NCBI RefSeq assembly: GCF_006345805.1
Contig: NC_043005.1
Location: 68,262,001 to 68,326,000 of the forward strand
Origin: Octopus sinensis
Taxonomy: Eukaryota
Direction: 5' to 3'
DNA: 64,000 nt
The first letter of the stretch is position 1. Every line of letters begins with the position of its first letter. Below are positions 9,557 to 24,069 of the stretch, one piece after another. The position numbers and the translations under genes were made by a program. The notes below the pieces were generated by a model. The model searched no databases. It was not told where the DNA came from and worked only from the letters and a program-made list of their open reading frames with translations.

Positions 9557-11845
9557 TCCAATAAATATCATCACTTTGGAATTCACCAAAATCCTGACTA
9601 CCATAAAAACAATCACAACTTTTCCATCCATGGCTATCCTCACACAGCATCTTAGAAGCAACATCGGAAAGTCGCTGAACCTGCAAAAAATCGTAGCCAA
9701 ATTTTCCCAATGTCAGATCACGTCTTAGGAAAGAAGCTATTTGTTGAGGTGGTTATGTTTTCCTTGCACATAGGAAAAAGTCAAGGTGGTCACGGTTAGA
9801 ATAGGCTAAACAAACAACTGCAATGACACCAACATCATAGCCATCACGGACACTCCCTATACATTACAGCTAGTATTGAAAGCGTCACCAACACAGGCAC
9901 CGCCAAAACAAACATCCCTACAACTACTACTGCTACTACCAATCGCCCCGCTGCAAACTTCACCAATATCACTGCTACCGCATGGACATCTAAAACACCA
10001 TTTCTCATTCATCACTACTACCATGACAACAAATTCTACCACCACCACCACCACCACCACAACAACAACAACAACAACATCAACAATACCCCCACCCCCA
10101 CCACCACACCACCACATTCCCCATTCGTCGCCATCTGAATTACCGAAAATCCTACAGTTTTCCAAAATTTCAAAGCCAGTTTCTCATAGATCGAGTAAAG
10201 ATCTGTGTTGTCGAGGAGGTACAACATAAAACCAACAAACATAATAATAATAATAATAATAAAAATAAGAAGTATAAAAACATAAAAAAAATAGACGGAT
10301 GAAGAAACAGAAAAAAACAAACAAAGAACGAAAAAAACCCGAAAAAGTCAAAATAAAAGAGAAGTAAAATCAATATATCTAGCCGTTAATTATAAAGAAT
10401 CGCTGGCAGCGATGTTGAATTGATAACAGTACTAATAATACGTCTGAAGGTGGATACTAGACATCGTGGTATTGTAGTTGGCGGTTAAGGCTGAGGAGAG
10501 AATGAATGTGGGAAAGTGTGTGAGAGAGAGAGAGAGGGAGAGAGAGGGGTGGAGAGTGTGAGTGAGTGTGTATGTGAGTGTATGTGTGATAGTGAGAGAG
10601 GGGAAGTGAGAGAGAGAGAGGGAGTGATAGAGAGAGAAAGAGACAGAGAAAGAGAGAAGTGTAAATGACGAACAGACTGGCTTGCAGACAAATGACAGTT
10701 GTTTTAGTTGTTATTGGTGTGTTTAGTTTTAGCCCCAGGTCAACCTTAATCGAGAACACCTATGATTAAGAACATTCCAGTCATGAAAATACCAGTTTTT
10801 CGATATTTCTGGGAAACCAGGACTACATTAGTCAGGGTCTATCTTTCTTTCATTTTTTTTTTATTTTTAAAGAAGGTAGAATATTATTTGAAGGAAATTT
10901 GGCTGCTTATTTGTCGAGTAACTTCATAAAAGACTTCTCTTTGGCTTCAGTTGCTTAGCTGCTATTAAAAACATATATACGTTTAAACACACATAACAGT
11001 TGGTAACTTAGTACTTGGTAATAAAGATAATTCAATGCAGGTTAATTGTAGGGTAAGAATTTTATTGAAGTCAATATACAGCCTCACATTAAACAGCAGC
11101 TTCATCCCAGCAAGAATTATTCACACACAAACGCACACATTTTCTTTTTCTCTTTTCCATTTAGACATAATTTTGGCTGGCCACCTGCAAGGTTGTGAAA
11201 GAAAAAAATCTTTTTTTCTTCATCACCCTTTCAATGTTGACGAAGAGAATAATGTGTTTAACCTTGATTTCTCTGTCTTTTCGCTTTCAATTTATATTTG
11301 GTAGTAAATGACATGATACTGTTCTTTAAAAGTTCCGACAAATTTTTGTTACGGTTTAATTGTCGAGTTATTCCCGACTTGGATTTTCTTTCTTTTCAAG
11401 TTGTTTAATTTCTACAAATTGGTGTAGAAAATACCCACATGTTTCAATCGTGCAACATGCGGGTATTTTCCATCAGAGGCGTTGCACGGCTAGTTTGTTT
11501 ATGTATCTATATGTATGTTACTATGTGAGATACTTCAGTTGAAGTGTCCATGCGTAATCTTACATGTATTCTGTGACTCAACTTTCGTATGAGCAGTAAT
11601 TACATACGCCCAAGTATATGATGAACAATCGGTCGGTATGTATGTATGTATGTATGTATGTACAGCCGGCTATTACCAGTAAAGGTTTTAGTTGCCAATT
11701 TTGTACAAGACATTGTAGATCTTTAGCTGGGCTAAAAAGTCACATTCGATCACAGCACCAGTAACAGTTAAGCTTCGTCCAATGGTCATACTCGATAACG
11801 AGGGGGCAGCCATAAATGTATGTATGTATGTATGTATGTATGTGA

Positions 11846-11995
11846 AGGCGCATAGCTCAGTGGTTAGAGCGTCGAGCTTACGATCGTGAGGTTGTGAGCT
11901 CGAATCCCGGACCGGGCTGCGTGTTGTGTTCTTGAGCAAGACACTTTATTTCACGTTGCTCCAGTTCATTCAGCTGTAGAAATGAGTTGGGTGTG
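11846..11995 (+). mobile_element. SINE family C, 5' part
   Basis: gaaggcgcatagctcagtggttagagcgtcgagc...gagctcgaatcccggacc..gtgttgtgttcttgagcaagacactttatttcacgttgctccag. Confidence 0.85.
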
Positions 11996-12841
11996 AAGGA
12001 CACATAACAGATTCTACGGCATCCTTCTAGGAGAAGGACATTCTGATGTAAAACCTGCGATTTCATGTAAATACTGGTTATCTCGCTTCGGCATGTCGCT
12101 AGGTATTAATCTAGGTGACTCAGAGTGTGGTAATCATGTTGTACAAGCGTTTATCATTATAATCCAGTGACATACAGCTGTGCTTTTATGGTCATCTTAT
12201 TTGGCATTCCATCTACTGAAAGTCCTATGGCGATAGAGGAGTGACGATGTGTGCAGATCTCACCAGTTGGAAGTGCACAGTAAATTACAACTTACGTCTA
12301 TCATCTAAGCTTCAAAACATGCAGATAAACAACGGGACTGAATGGATAACTGGAAGACCATAGATGAAAAATCAGAAATGCCATTGGCAACGGGGAAGCA
12401 CAAAGGAAGGGCAATCATTTGTGAAGATGGAGCAATCATCATGTGTGTATAAGTAAATGGATTTCCGAGGGTTTCGATGATGAATATTTAAGTTGTTCGA
12501 TCAACTGAATTACCTATTCATAAAATTATACTGCAAGTAATTGAGTATTCTACAGGAACTTATAATTTTGACATAATTCGCTGACAGATTCAGCAGAATA
12601 CAGTGTGTAATAAAGTTAGCCATTTGAATTACAGACACAGTCCATCCAACGCACTTCTACATGATTTCCATCAACCCAGTTTTACTCAGAAAGCTGTGGT
12701 CGACCAAAGGCTATGGTAATGAACATTAGAGCAAAATGCCATGTGATGGGATTGAAACCAGGACCTCAGGATTGCAAAACAAACTTTTTAGATTCTCTGC
12801 CATATTGTCCACTATGTTTCTGTATATGTGTGTGTGTTTGT

Positions 12842-12872
<31 letters not shown>

Positions 12873-13419
12873 CGTGCGTGTGAGTGTGTGCGTGCACGCG
12901 CGCGTGTGTGTGGTATAGGTATAGAAACCCTACTGACATCCGTTAGGCATCAGATGATGAGTGTACACGTTTGATAATTTGCTTCTTGATGCGACCTTCT
13001 TTTAAAATCTTAGATTGTTATGTGTTTCTAAGTTGTCCACTGAAATTCTAAGTTTCGTAGGGTTGATCTTCTTTAGGAGTTATTGGGTTTTTAAATTTTA
13101 TTGTATATATTATAGCATACATAGTGATTCTGATTCTTATAAGGGTTATACTTTTCAAGGGTTTATAGTTTATGGAGCTTTTGTTGTACAAAAAAACACA
13201 CACACATACACACACATATACAGACTCATATCAGTACATATATAAAGTTTAGTGAGTATCTGGGTTTGCAAACGAAGGTAAAATACTCGATGTCATTTTT
13301 TATTTCATTAGAAACTGAATCTTCTTCAATGACAGAGAAAGTGAAATACGCAGGATCTGCTAATTTTGTTTTGTACATTCCATCATTTTTCACATGAAAT
13401 GCATCAGTTATCTTCCATT

Positions 13420-14530
13420 GAAATAATATTTATCAGTGATTCGGTAAGAAGTAAGAAAAAGATTGCCAGCATTAAAATGCACCAAGAGTAGGAAGCTGTT
13501 AGAAATTACTAGGAATGTAGATTCTGTTATTAATAGGATAAATACTAAAAATATAGGAGACATTTACTTATTGATCTATGCAGGATGGGTAGCAGTCATC
13601 AGAAGATTAGATATTAGGAGACTACAAAATAAAAGGAAAACTTTAAGACAAGAACTGAGTAGAATAGAAGTCTGGAAAACAAACACAAGATGCAAATCTT
13701 CCCTCGAGAAAAAGATACTTAGTCAAAGTGAAAGGATTTGGGACAGTAATAGAAGAGTTGAAACAGAGCATCACAGCAGTAGCAGGCAAGCTCTCCAGAT
13801 ATCAGAAAAGAATAGGTCAGATCAGTGTCAACAGAACAAATTATTTGAGACACACTAGAGGAGATTTTATAACCAAATAAATAGTGAATAACGAAGCACT
13901 GAAGATAAGAAACCTAATGCAGAAGAAGCTAGAAAGTTCTGGAGTAATATTTGGGATAAGTCAATAAAACATAATGGAGATGCAGTATGGTTAAAGAAAA
14001 TGAGGGAAGAAGTAGTGAGTGAGAAGTAGCCAGATCTAAGATTAAATAGTGCATTAATGAGTAAAGTGTTAGGAAAAATGCCGAACTGGAAGGCCCATGA
14101 CCAGATTTAATTCAAGGGTACTGGCTAAGGAAATTCAGTATTTTACATGGGAGGCTGAGGGAACAACTTCAGGATTGCCTTAATGAAGGAAGAATGCCAG
14201 ATTGGATTACAAGGGGGAGGACAATACTCATCAAAGATAAGAGCATGGGTAATACAGCTAGCAACTATAGACTAATCACTTGCTTACCATTAGTGTGGAA
14301 GCTGTTAACAGGAATGCATTCAGAAAGCATTTACGAGCACCTTGACAACCAGAATTTACTACCAGATGAACAGAAAGGTTGCAGGAAGCAGGCTAGAGGA
14401 CCGTATGATCTATTACATATAGACAAAGCAGTTCTAAACGAAGTAAACGCTAGAAAAGAAAATCTAACAATAGCATGGATATATTATAAGAAAGCCTTTG
14501 ACGTGATCCCACACTCATGGATAAGTGAAT
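13420..14530 (+). pseudogene. Decayed non-LTR retrotransposon ORF (R4/Dong-like) including the RT N-terminal domains
   Basis: KPNAEEARKFWSNIW...KVLGKMPNWKA...MPDWITRGRTILI...SNYRLITCLPLVWKLLTG...LLPDEQKGCRK...AWIYYKKAFDVIPHSWI. Multiple stops and frameshifts. The clade call is from motif recognition. Confidence 0.85.
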
Positions 14531-14707
14531 TTAGGATCAAACACCAGCTTAATAACAAAGTTATTTCTTAAATTCTTCATTAAAAAAATAAATAAAAACG
14601 TAAGAATAAAAAGTATCACAGTGCATTTCATGAGAAATATGGTAGCAAAAAATGGTGAATGTGTGCGTGCTGGCCTCCTTATAATTGTTTAGCTATAATA
14701 TTCCGAA

Positions 14708-15004
14708 GTTTTGTTTGTTCCTTCTCGAGCCATGCCTAGCTCATAAGGGCCGGTTTCCCGGTTTCCTTGGCGTATAGGTTCCCCACCTGGACGGAACGCC
14801 GGTCCGTCGCGGGTGAGCTGCAAGAGATGCAGGAGGAAAGAGTGAGAGAAAGTTGTGGCGAAAGAGTCAGCAGAAGTTCGCTATTAACTTCTGCCGGAGC
14901 CGCGTGGAGCTTAGGTGTTTCGCTCATAAACACACACATCGCCCGGTTTGAGATTCGAACCCGCGATCCCTCGACCGCTGTTCTAACTACTAGGTCATGT
15001 GCTT
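14708..15004 (-). mobile_element. SINE family D
   Basis: tRNA head (gcacatgacctagtagttagaacagcgg..gggttcgaatctc). Near-identical to 16513-16810 and 62511-62817. Confidence 0.88.
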
Positions 15005-16512
15005 CCAATATTCAGACGTACATATGTAATTTCTTGCAGAGAAAAGTCAATGGGGTCATATAAATGACTTAACTACATTTAATCATTTGTGAAACTATTT
15101 TGCTGCAAATGCAGTCTCGAAATAATTTTTGCATGTGGAAAGAAGTATGCAATGTTATGTTCTTATATGTGTCTATGCAAGATTTACTCACACAAGAATT
15201 AAATCGTTGGCGACTATTTTGATGCAATAGCTGTGTTAAAACATTTGATTTAATTGTAAGAATTTGTAGGTATTTATTTTTACATTTTGTGATTATACAA
15301 ACGCATCTGTATGTAGAGAAGTGACAAGTAGGACATATAATTGACATGGATATCCATTTAATAATTTAAACATCTGTGAATCTATATTGATGAAAGTATT
15401 TAATTCTGTCTATGTGCATATGTTAACTTAAAATAAACAGGCACATTTATAACTGTATGTAGAGAAATATTAGCAAATATATTTTATGGAATATTTCACG
15501 TATAAATAGCTACAAATTCTATTTGCTAGCAAACTGTTTGAACAAGCTTTGAAAGAGTTGTAGTTAAACTCCACTTTACACGCACACACAGGCAAACACA
15601 TGTCCACACATCTACATACGTACTCAAGTTCAACACACAGACACACACACACACACACACACACCACACACACACACATATATATACATACATATTGTGC
15701 CGAAGTGGAGAAGAGATACACAGTGTCGAAGTGGAGAAGAGCACGTGTGTAATAGTGCGTGTGAGTGAACGCCTGTATGTGTTTGTGTTTCTTTGTATGT
15801 GTGTGCGTGTGTGAATGTGCGTGTATTGCGTGTACTCTCTGAAAACTCATATCTACCTTAATTTCTCTTCAAAGATGAAACTAATAACGTCTATCATCTT
15901 TTACCTTGGAATTCCTTGATAATTCAACAATGGAATTTGTTATGTCGCACGTTCGGATGCCTTCTACTCAACTCTCACCGCTACTCTGCAACTCCTGACG
16001 TCTAGGCTTCTCCCTCCATATCTACGTATTGGGCTAGCCTACTTCATCGTCTGGGGGCGTCCACACAACAGAACTGCAAACGGATATTATTGGTCACTAA
16101 GAATTTCATCAATTCTTCAACCACGGAACTACCAACTAATATTATATCTACTTTGGGCATTCCTTAGTTATTCAACGAACTGATAACTACTAATATCCTT
16201 CCTTAATGATATTCCTTATTTAATTCTCGCTCCTCGATGCTTAGCTTACGTGGAAATTCTTGCTCAATAACACATTGTACATGCTTATGTATTCTTGAAA
16301 CAGTTGTAAGAGACTACGTATTTATTATAATTACTTTGCACTATATTTAAATTACAAATTATAAATTAAAGGCTCTAAAGTAATACCACAGGTTTCGCTT
16401 GCCTGGTTGTGTCTAGCGAGGGTGGTGGTATTAGAAAGGAAAGAGCCAATATGATCACGGGAAGAGAACAGCTAAGGGATACGGGAGAGAGACGGTGAGT
16501 GTTAGTAAGGAG

Positions 16513-16810
16513 ATTCCTTCTCGAGCCACGCCTGGCTCATAAGGGCCGGTTTCCCGGTTTCCTTGGCGTATAGGTTCCCCACCTGGACGGGACGCCGGAC
16601 CGTCGCAGGTGAGCTGCAAGATGCAGGAGGAAAGAGTAAGAGAAAGTTGTGGTGAAAGAGTCAGCAGAAGTTCGCCATTACCTTCTGCTGGAGCCGCGTG
16701 GAGCTTAGGTGTTTTGCTCATAAACACACACATCACCCGGTCTGCGATTCGAACACGCGACCCCTCGTCCGCGAGTCCGCTGTTCTAACTACTAGGCCAT
16801 GTGCCACCAC
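16513..16810 (-). mobile_element. SINE family D with 10-bp TSD
   Basis: TSD tagtaaggag at 16503-16512 and 16811-16820. Confidence 0.9.
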
Positions 16811-16829
16811 TAGTAAGGAGGTGGTGTTG

Positions 16830-17345
16830 ATGAGAAGATGCATAGGCTGCAAGCGCACACGAAGAAAGGCTAGGAAATATAGTAGGGTCAAAACGAAGGA
16901 GCCAGAAGTGATGGAAGGTACGTTGAAAGGGTAGGGTGACTGGGTGGTAGGTGAAAGGAAAGAAGATGTTGCGGTAGATTCTGGAGGTGTGACATAAGGA
17001 AAGAAAACCCATCAACGTGACAGGCGCGGAAAAGGGCAGCTTAGATAAGGGTGAACGGGCAGTCATGTCGAATGAATAAACTGGTCTTGTGTTCAATCTG
17101 ACTCTCAAAGACGTGGTTGCGATTGCAGAAGAGGTGGAGACGAAGGAACTGAAAATAGGGATGGTGTGTTTGGAGTAGGTGTGGTGGGCGAATGAAAAGT
17201 CAAGGTAGGAATGAGAGCTGGTGGGTTTGTAGAAAACAGAAGTGGACAGAGTAAGGGCCGGATGGTCGCTAGAGACAGTAATTCGAGCGAATTAAGATAG
17301 GTATCAGAAATGGTGGAAGTAAAATGGTAAGACCTCTGAAAGGAG
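16830..17345 (-). pseudogene. Decayed Penelope-like RT C-terminus and RT-EN linker
   Basis: YHFTSTISDTYLNSLE (like the PLE KFTxxxSDTSLxFLD motif) and FPFTYHPVTLPFQRTFHHFWLLRFDPTIFPS (like the PLVLTYHP...FP linker). Confidence 0.6.
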
Positions 17346-17429
17346 CATGAATGTGTAGATGTGTACATGCATATTCGCACATAATATACGCATATACTCT
17401 GACACACAAATTTACTGATATATACACCG

Positions 17430-18060
17430 CTATATTTTAGAGAGGTTTCTTTATCGGCGATTAAAGGGTCATGATCACTGATGTCAATATGTGTGAATGC
17501 ATAATCTTCTTTAGGATTTAAGGTGTGGAAGTAGTCTATAATTATGTCGGTTATATAGTGTTGTTCAAGAGTGTATGGAAACTGGAAAATCTATTGACTA
17601 TTGGCTATTTGACTATAGGATGATATTATGGAGAATTTTCTTGCTGAATTTGCTTGATTTTGGTTTGGTAGGATTTATTAATCTGATAGAAAGGTTATTT
17701 TTGAATTTGTCATTGTCATTAAAAAGAAAAATTATTGCCTTTGGAGTTTTGTAACAGGGAAAGAAATCAATAATATCAAAATCCGTTAATTTATACAGAT
17801 GATCATTACTAACATTATTTGAATATTTCGTAACGATTTAAAAGTAAGTTTTTAAAATTTTAACGATTAGTGTGTCTTAACGACTCCTAATTGACTTTTA
17901 ATAAGACTAAGAAATCTAGTTATTGGGTTGCTGGAAAATTAGTTTTATGGTTCTTAAAAGTGATATATTGTGTATATTGTACTAAGATTTCAACGCTCTT
18001 TTCTATATTTAAATTAGTAATGATCTCTTCAGCTTCTAATTTTGATGTAACTTTATTACT
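17430..18060 (-). pseudogene. Decayed Penelope-like RT N-terminal fragments (two copies of one motif)
   Basis: ...YITFKNHKTNF-P/ITRFLSLIKSQLGVVK at ~17870-18050 and ...NDKFKNNLSIRLINPTKPKSSKFSKKILHNI at ~17610-17750. Both resemble the PLE ITLKDHKxNF...RLINPxKS motif. Confidence 0.55.
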
Positions 18061-18857
18061 TTTTTGCAAATAACTATAATATTATTGGATAAAAAATATT
18101 TGTATTATGGGACAATCTATTTCATTTAATGATTTTGCTTTTTATTGAATGTGCAAATTTATTTTTGGAGTCATTGAAACTTTTCAATTTGTGCTTAAGG
18201 ATTTTTAGAAAATTACTTTTCTAACTAAATTTAAGATATTCATTTGAAATGACTCCAATAATTTGTTTTGAGGAGACACTTTAGAGTTTTGAAACCGAAC
18301 TAATTTCAATCGATAACTCAGTATCTTTTTTAGTGGTTTAGCGGTGTTTCAAAATTATTCTTTTAGCAATATCGGTTCAGTAGATGTAACTGTTCATTTA
18401 ATTTTTTCCTGAGGTGATCGTGATATTCTTCGTTGAAAAATCCAGCGGGTGCTTACTTGTTCATACTTTTTTTGGTTTTCATAAAATTCTGAAGTAGTAA
18501 ATCAGTCTTAGTAGAAGAGTAGATGCTTGCTTGTGTATGCACAATGAGAAAAAAAGTACTTCGCAGAAATTGCAGAGTGATATATTTAATTGAAGATGAA
18601 ACTTCACAATTGTTGCTCTGAGTTCCATCTTTTAGATCCTCAGGCAATTCTGACGTTAACAAAGAACACGTTTTTGTATACATAAGATTTGAAATGGCAC
18701 TGATATTTAGCAAATTATTTGAAAATAGACTAGAAATAAGATTATGATTGGTTATCAAAATCTTACTAAATTATTGTTGACGTATACTTGAAAATACATG
18801 TCAAAAATACATGTAGTGTGTACTATGTAAAGGGATATTCCGAATGTATATATATAT

Positions 18858-19059
18858 CTTTTGTCTGTTTCAGTCATTTGACTGTGGCCATGCTGCAGCA
18901 ACACCTTAAAATTTTAGTCGAATGTATCGACCCCAATACTTACCCTACTGGTCTCTTTCGCCAAACCATTACGCTACGGGGACGTAAATGCACCAGCATC
19001 GGTTGTCAAGCGGTGGTTGGGGACAAACACAGGCACAAAGATACACACTGATATATATA

Positions 19060-19108
<49 letters not shown>

Positions 19109-19237
19109 CGTACATACATACGACAGGCTTCTTTCAGTTTCCGTCTACAACATCTACTCACAAGGCTTTGACTGGCCCGAGTATATAGTAGAAGACAGTT
19201 GCCCAAGGTACTACGCAGTAGGACTGAACCTTGAACC

Positions 19238-19240
<3 letters not shown>
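18858..19240 (-). mobile_element. SINE family A
   Basis: Reverse complement match with internal (TA)n. Confidence 0.85.
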
Positions 19241-19279
<39 letters not shown>

Positions 19280-19505
19280 CAAACTTGGTGTGTTGACTTA
19301 ACGTAATGCAGAAGCAGTATATCTCAAATTTCAGCTTTCAAATTTAAGTAATTTAGGGTTATAGAGTTTTTAATTTGTTACCACTTAGGCCCTACTTTAG
19401 GAGATATCCTCTTCCTCTCCTTTTTATTTCTGTGACGCTAAAAACTCTGACTATATTAACTGTTTTTCAGAATAGTAGGCTTATCCAACGAGAGTATCTA
19501 AAATA

Positions 19506-21221
19506 ATGTCTCATAAGAGAAGTGCTTGTGTCACTCAAAGAAACAAAAATATCTGGACGAAGAATCTCGTGCAATTTCAATACTCACATAAAAAAAAGAA
19601 GACCTGTTCCTCTAGAAAAGCATTCTTTGGAAACAACTGCAGGATACCAATGAAACTTCAAATTGTCGGTAGCTACCTCTTCCTTGGAGGTACCGTCAAA
19701 GGAAGGGAAGAAAGAAGGGAAGGAAATTTCGAAAGAAGTAACATTTTATGGCAAAAGAAATTAAATTTTCCATATTCATCAATTCAAAATATACAAGGAA
19801 AAGTAAAAAAAAGTCCTGAATACCTACGATAAATGTATAAAACGAGGAAAATGCGATTCATTGAAAGGAAGTTTTGACATCACAAGAGAAAACGGTGAAT
19901 GGTTGTGTAATGAGAAAAGAAGGTTATATTATCTTGAAAGCAAGAGACTGGTTGGGTATGCAACTGGAAAGGCAGCCAGTTCCAAAACTATCTATCCTTC
20001 CAAAAGAAGAAAAGTTTCCTTAATGCCAACTTCAACCAGAGCAATTCCAGTGTTATCTTCAACGTCTGAAGCATAGAGGGAAGGTGAATATTAAGAGTCT
20101 GAAAAATCCGATGAAAAATCCACACAAACAAGGAGGAAGTATAGTATAACTGGAACTGCAATCAAGTTAGTAATATATTCAAAGCTATCAACCCTAAAAG
20201 CAGTAACAGTTTGTTGACAATTATCTCAAGAAGAATTCAATGTCGTGACTCCTTCCCAACCTGGTATTTACAGATCGACTATCAAAGAAGCTGTTAAACT
20301 AAAAAGGAAAATGAAGAAAACACTACATTTACAAAACTGGTCATTGCATTTTGATGGTAAACGTATTGATTACTAAGAATACCAAGTGCTAGATTTAAAG
20401 AATGAACAGTGAAGAGTTAAGTTAGAAGCACTCCAATTACCAAAGGGAAAAGCCGACACTGTTGTGAAAGGAATTACAGCACTTTTAGATGAATACAATT
20501 TATGGAACCGTGTAAAGATGATTGTCGCTGATATAACGAGCGTGAACACTAGGAACAGAAATGGCAGTGTCATTCAGTTGTAAAGACTGTTTGCTCAAAA
20601 GGGTTTGAAAGAACCGCAGTTCATTGGTTGTCAGCATCATATCCTTGATAGAGTTATTCGTGTTGTAATGGATAACGAACTGAGAGAAAAAAGTCATCCC
20701 CCAATATTGAATATACATTCATCCCTGAGCTTCTAAGTAATTACGAGAAACTCCAGGTTAATTTCAACAACGGTGAAGAAAAGATTACTGAGCAGCAGGA
20801 TGGCGAGAAGACATGACATTTCTATTTCATTTCACCAGAGTTTATCGTTTCTTTGAAGAAATCGGCAAATTTCCTCATGTAATGCAAGATGGAATTCTCT
20901 TAGCTCTTTTAGCCTTTATCCTTCTACCAAAGAAGAGAGTTTTACTTCTTAATGTTTGTCGATTCATCTTTTACAGCTGGGCAGAGTTTTGGTCTACTGA
21001 CCAAATGTTCAATGCACATGATTATCAGAAGTTATGTGGTAGCCTATAAGTTCATTAAAAAAGCATTGAATTTTGTAAAAAACTTTTGGAGTCGAGAACC
21101 ATCAAAACTGGAAATTCCCAGAACAAATCAGAGTGCAGAACGGGTAATGAAGTGCCTTCAAGATCTTTATGATGTTTTTAAAAAGGAGAAACTTCAGCTT
21201 GGATTTATTTTATCTGACTAA
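19506..21221 (+). pseudogene. Decayed DDE DNA transposase, hAT-superfamily-like (hATm-like)
   Basis: LHFDGKRID...GKADTVVKGITALLDEYNLWNRVKMIVADITSVNT..RNGSVIQL...FIGCQHHILD...GWREDMTFL...RTNQSAERVMK. This gives D, D-TxxNT, CxHH insertion and E motifs. A possible right end tttgggcgcctaa lies at ~21428-21440. Confidence 0.7.
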
Positions 21222-23676
21222 ACATATTAATTCTTTGTTATGTTTAAAAATTTGCTAACATTCAGCACTCTTTTTCTTATGTTGTTATTTAAAATTAGAA
21301 TTAAACCTATAAAGTAAAAAATATGTATTTAAATTTTTTTATATGTTATCGAATGCTTGTAGTGGCTTCTGTCTTAAAATAGCCTAGTTTTGACCATTTG
21401 CATAGAGCAATTTCAACTCAGTAATCTTTTGGGCGCCTAAATATGGTTGAACCTATTTCTATAGTAAGGTACAATATTTATCAGCACTGAAGGGTGAAAA
21501 TCAAGGTTGGTTTCGTTGGGATTTAAATCCACTCTGGGCGTAGAGAGTCAGAGCGAATACCACAAACATTTCTATTCGATGCTCTAACGACTCATTATAC
21601 TTTGCTTATGTGCCACGTATATGAATCCTTCCATAGTAAATTCTGTGGAGAGGAATACACTGTGCCGTTCTCTCTTGAGATATCGCCCAAAACTTCCCAG
21701 ATGGAGACAAAACCAACAAGTAATCTAAGTAGTCGCTCGATCTATCAGATATAACAGCCAAATTGCAATTCACAAGCTTAAAGATGGATGCACGAAAATA
21801 GGAACGGTCACGGCTGGAATGCCTTTAATCATAATTTTGCTTACTCAAGCAATAACAACATCACCAAGAACATTGAATATGTGTCATCCTCCAACAGGCG
21901 AATAGCATTCAACTATTGAACTGCAGATCAGTGAATAATTTAGATTATAGCTTAATTATAGTTAGCAAATAACGATTATGTCGAGTAATTAACAGTTTCA
22001 AATTTATTTCCTGAAAGATCACAAGTTTGTGATTTGCATAATGAATTGGAACCTGTTTTGACATCGTACTAAACAAGTAAGAGCTAACCTTATTAGTGAA
22101 TCAAAATAAAATTTTAATCAGTCGAAATTGTGTTTGGAGTTAGAAGAGAACTTAAAAATGTTTACTTAATTAAAAACTAAACATCTCCACTGGGTATCTT
22201 CATTTCGTATTTTTTTTTATAAAATCCGTTTAGGTTTCGGAGCTCTTGATAAGGATTTTTTAAATTCTCTTAACGAGTGTAATTTCAATTGATTTAACAT
22301 TATCTTACACTTACAGTATTATGTTATCGTACACTTAACTATAAGCTCTTGAGGCAGAAATCATACTTGGGAAGTTTTCCTGTCATTGATTATAAATAAT
22401 CTGAGGTGGTTCAGTTTGAAAAAATACATTAGTTTAGCAAGGTTGGGAAGGATTTTGCCATATTTAAATCAGTAAAGAGGGTAGGGTTGTATTTAGGCTG
22501 GAGTAAGTTTGACAAACTTTTATTGATGGATTTTGTAAAAAAAAAAAGAAACAAAATAAAAAAAAAATTTAAGATTCCTTGAACCAAGAAAATAATTTTC
22601 TTGTTTAAAGTAGCATATTAAAGAGAATTCCTTATTCTTTACGAAAATGTTCTGGATATAATCAATGTCTTAGAAACGCATTTACGGAACATTGCTTTTG
22701 AAGATTTTCCAATATAATTAAATTAAAACCCACTGCACAAGCGATAGTGATGCAGTCTCTAATTCTAAGCAGTATATGCACTTTTTGTTCTTTTGTAAAA
22801 AAAAAAAAAAGGAAGAAAGAAAGAAAGAAAGAAAGAAATAATGCTTTCATGCTATTTCAGGAAGAACCGAAATAAATTTTATAGCCATTCAGAATATACA
22901 AGAGAAAGGTTATTTATTTTTACTGTTTTGAAGTTAAGTGAAGAGAGAGAAAAAAAACAACCCCAGTAAGAACAACAAACTTACAACAAAAATAAAATAT
23001 AAAATAAACAGCAACAAAAATTACCAACAAGGACAGCAAAAGCAGCAGCGGCAGCAGCCAATAAGAAAAAAAGACAAGAGTAACCCATAAGAATCAGTAT
23101 CGCTTATAAACCTTGAGGGAATTACTATTTTGCTTATCCTAGGGAGATTGTATGGTGAAAATACAAGAAATGTTAATCCGGTACGCACGGTCTCTGAACA
23201 GATAATTTTTCAGGGAAATATTTTGTTGTTCATCAATTTGCTAGCGTAAACGTCAAATGAAATGGACGGACTATTGTCGGATAACCAGTTTAGTTATTGA
23301 CCTCTGAATTCTTCCACCTTCAAGCAAGAATACACTAGAGTGGTTGTCAATTTCCTTCTCGAGGCACATGGGATGATTTAAGCCCATCTCTGCAAGCTAA
23401 TAAACGATCGATCGAATGTAAGGTGTTACGTTATAAAGCTTGACATTGAAGAGAGAGAGAAAGAGAGAGAGATGGGGGAGGGAGGCAAAGAAAGGGTCAA
23501 GTTGCACGGAAAATGTCTTGATATTTGTACTAGTTCTTTACGTTCTGCGTTCAAATCTCACCGGGGTTAACATTGCTTTCGTCATTTCAGGTTCGATAAA
23601 ATGAAGTCAAGTACTGTGTTCGATGTAATTAACCCCTCCCCTCAAAACGACTAGTTTTGTGCCGGAATTAGAAACA

Positions 23677-24069
23677 ACTCTTTTACTCTTTTACTTGTTT
23701 CAGTCATGTGACTGTGACCATGCTGGAGCACCGCCTTTTTAGTCGAGAAAATCGACCCCAGGACTTATTCTTTGTTATCTTTTGCCAAACCGCTAAGTTA
23801 CGGGGACGTAAACACACCAGCATCGGTTGTCAAGCGATGTTGGGGGGACAAACACAGACATACACACACACATATATATATATACATACATACATATATA
23901 TACATATATACGACGGGCTTCTTTCAGTTTCCGTCTACCAAATCCACTCACAAGGCTTTGGTTGGCCCAAGGTTATACTAGAAAACACTTGCCCAAGGTG
24001 CTACGCAGTGGAACTCAACCCGTAACCATGTGGTTCGTAAGCAAGCTACTTACCACACAGCCACTCCTA
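23677..24069 (-). mobile_element. SINE family A, full length
   Basis: Reverse complement match from head (ggagtggctgtgtggtaag) to tail (gagtaaaa)n. Confidence 0.9.

Noticed and set aside
16020-16060. Minus-strand GACGATGAAG..GGCTAGCC..ATACGTA downstream of a PLE fragment
   Set aside because: Too degenerate: both conserved boxes are broken.
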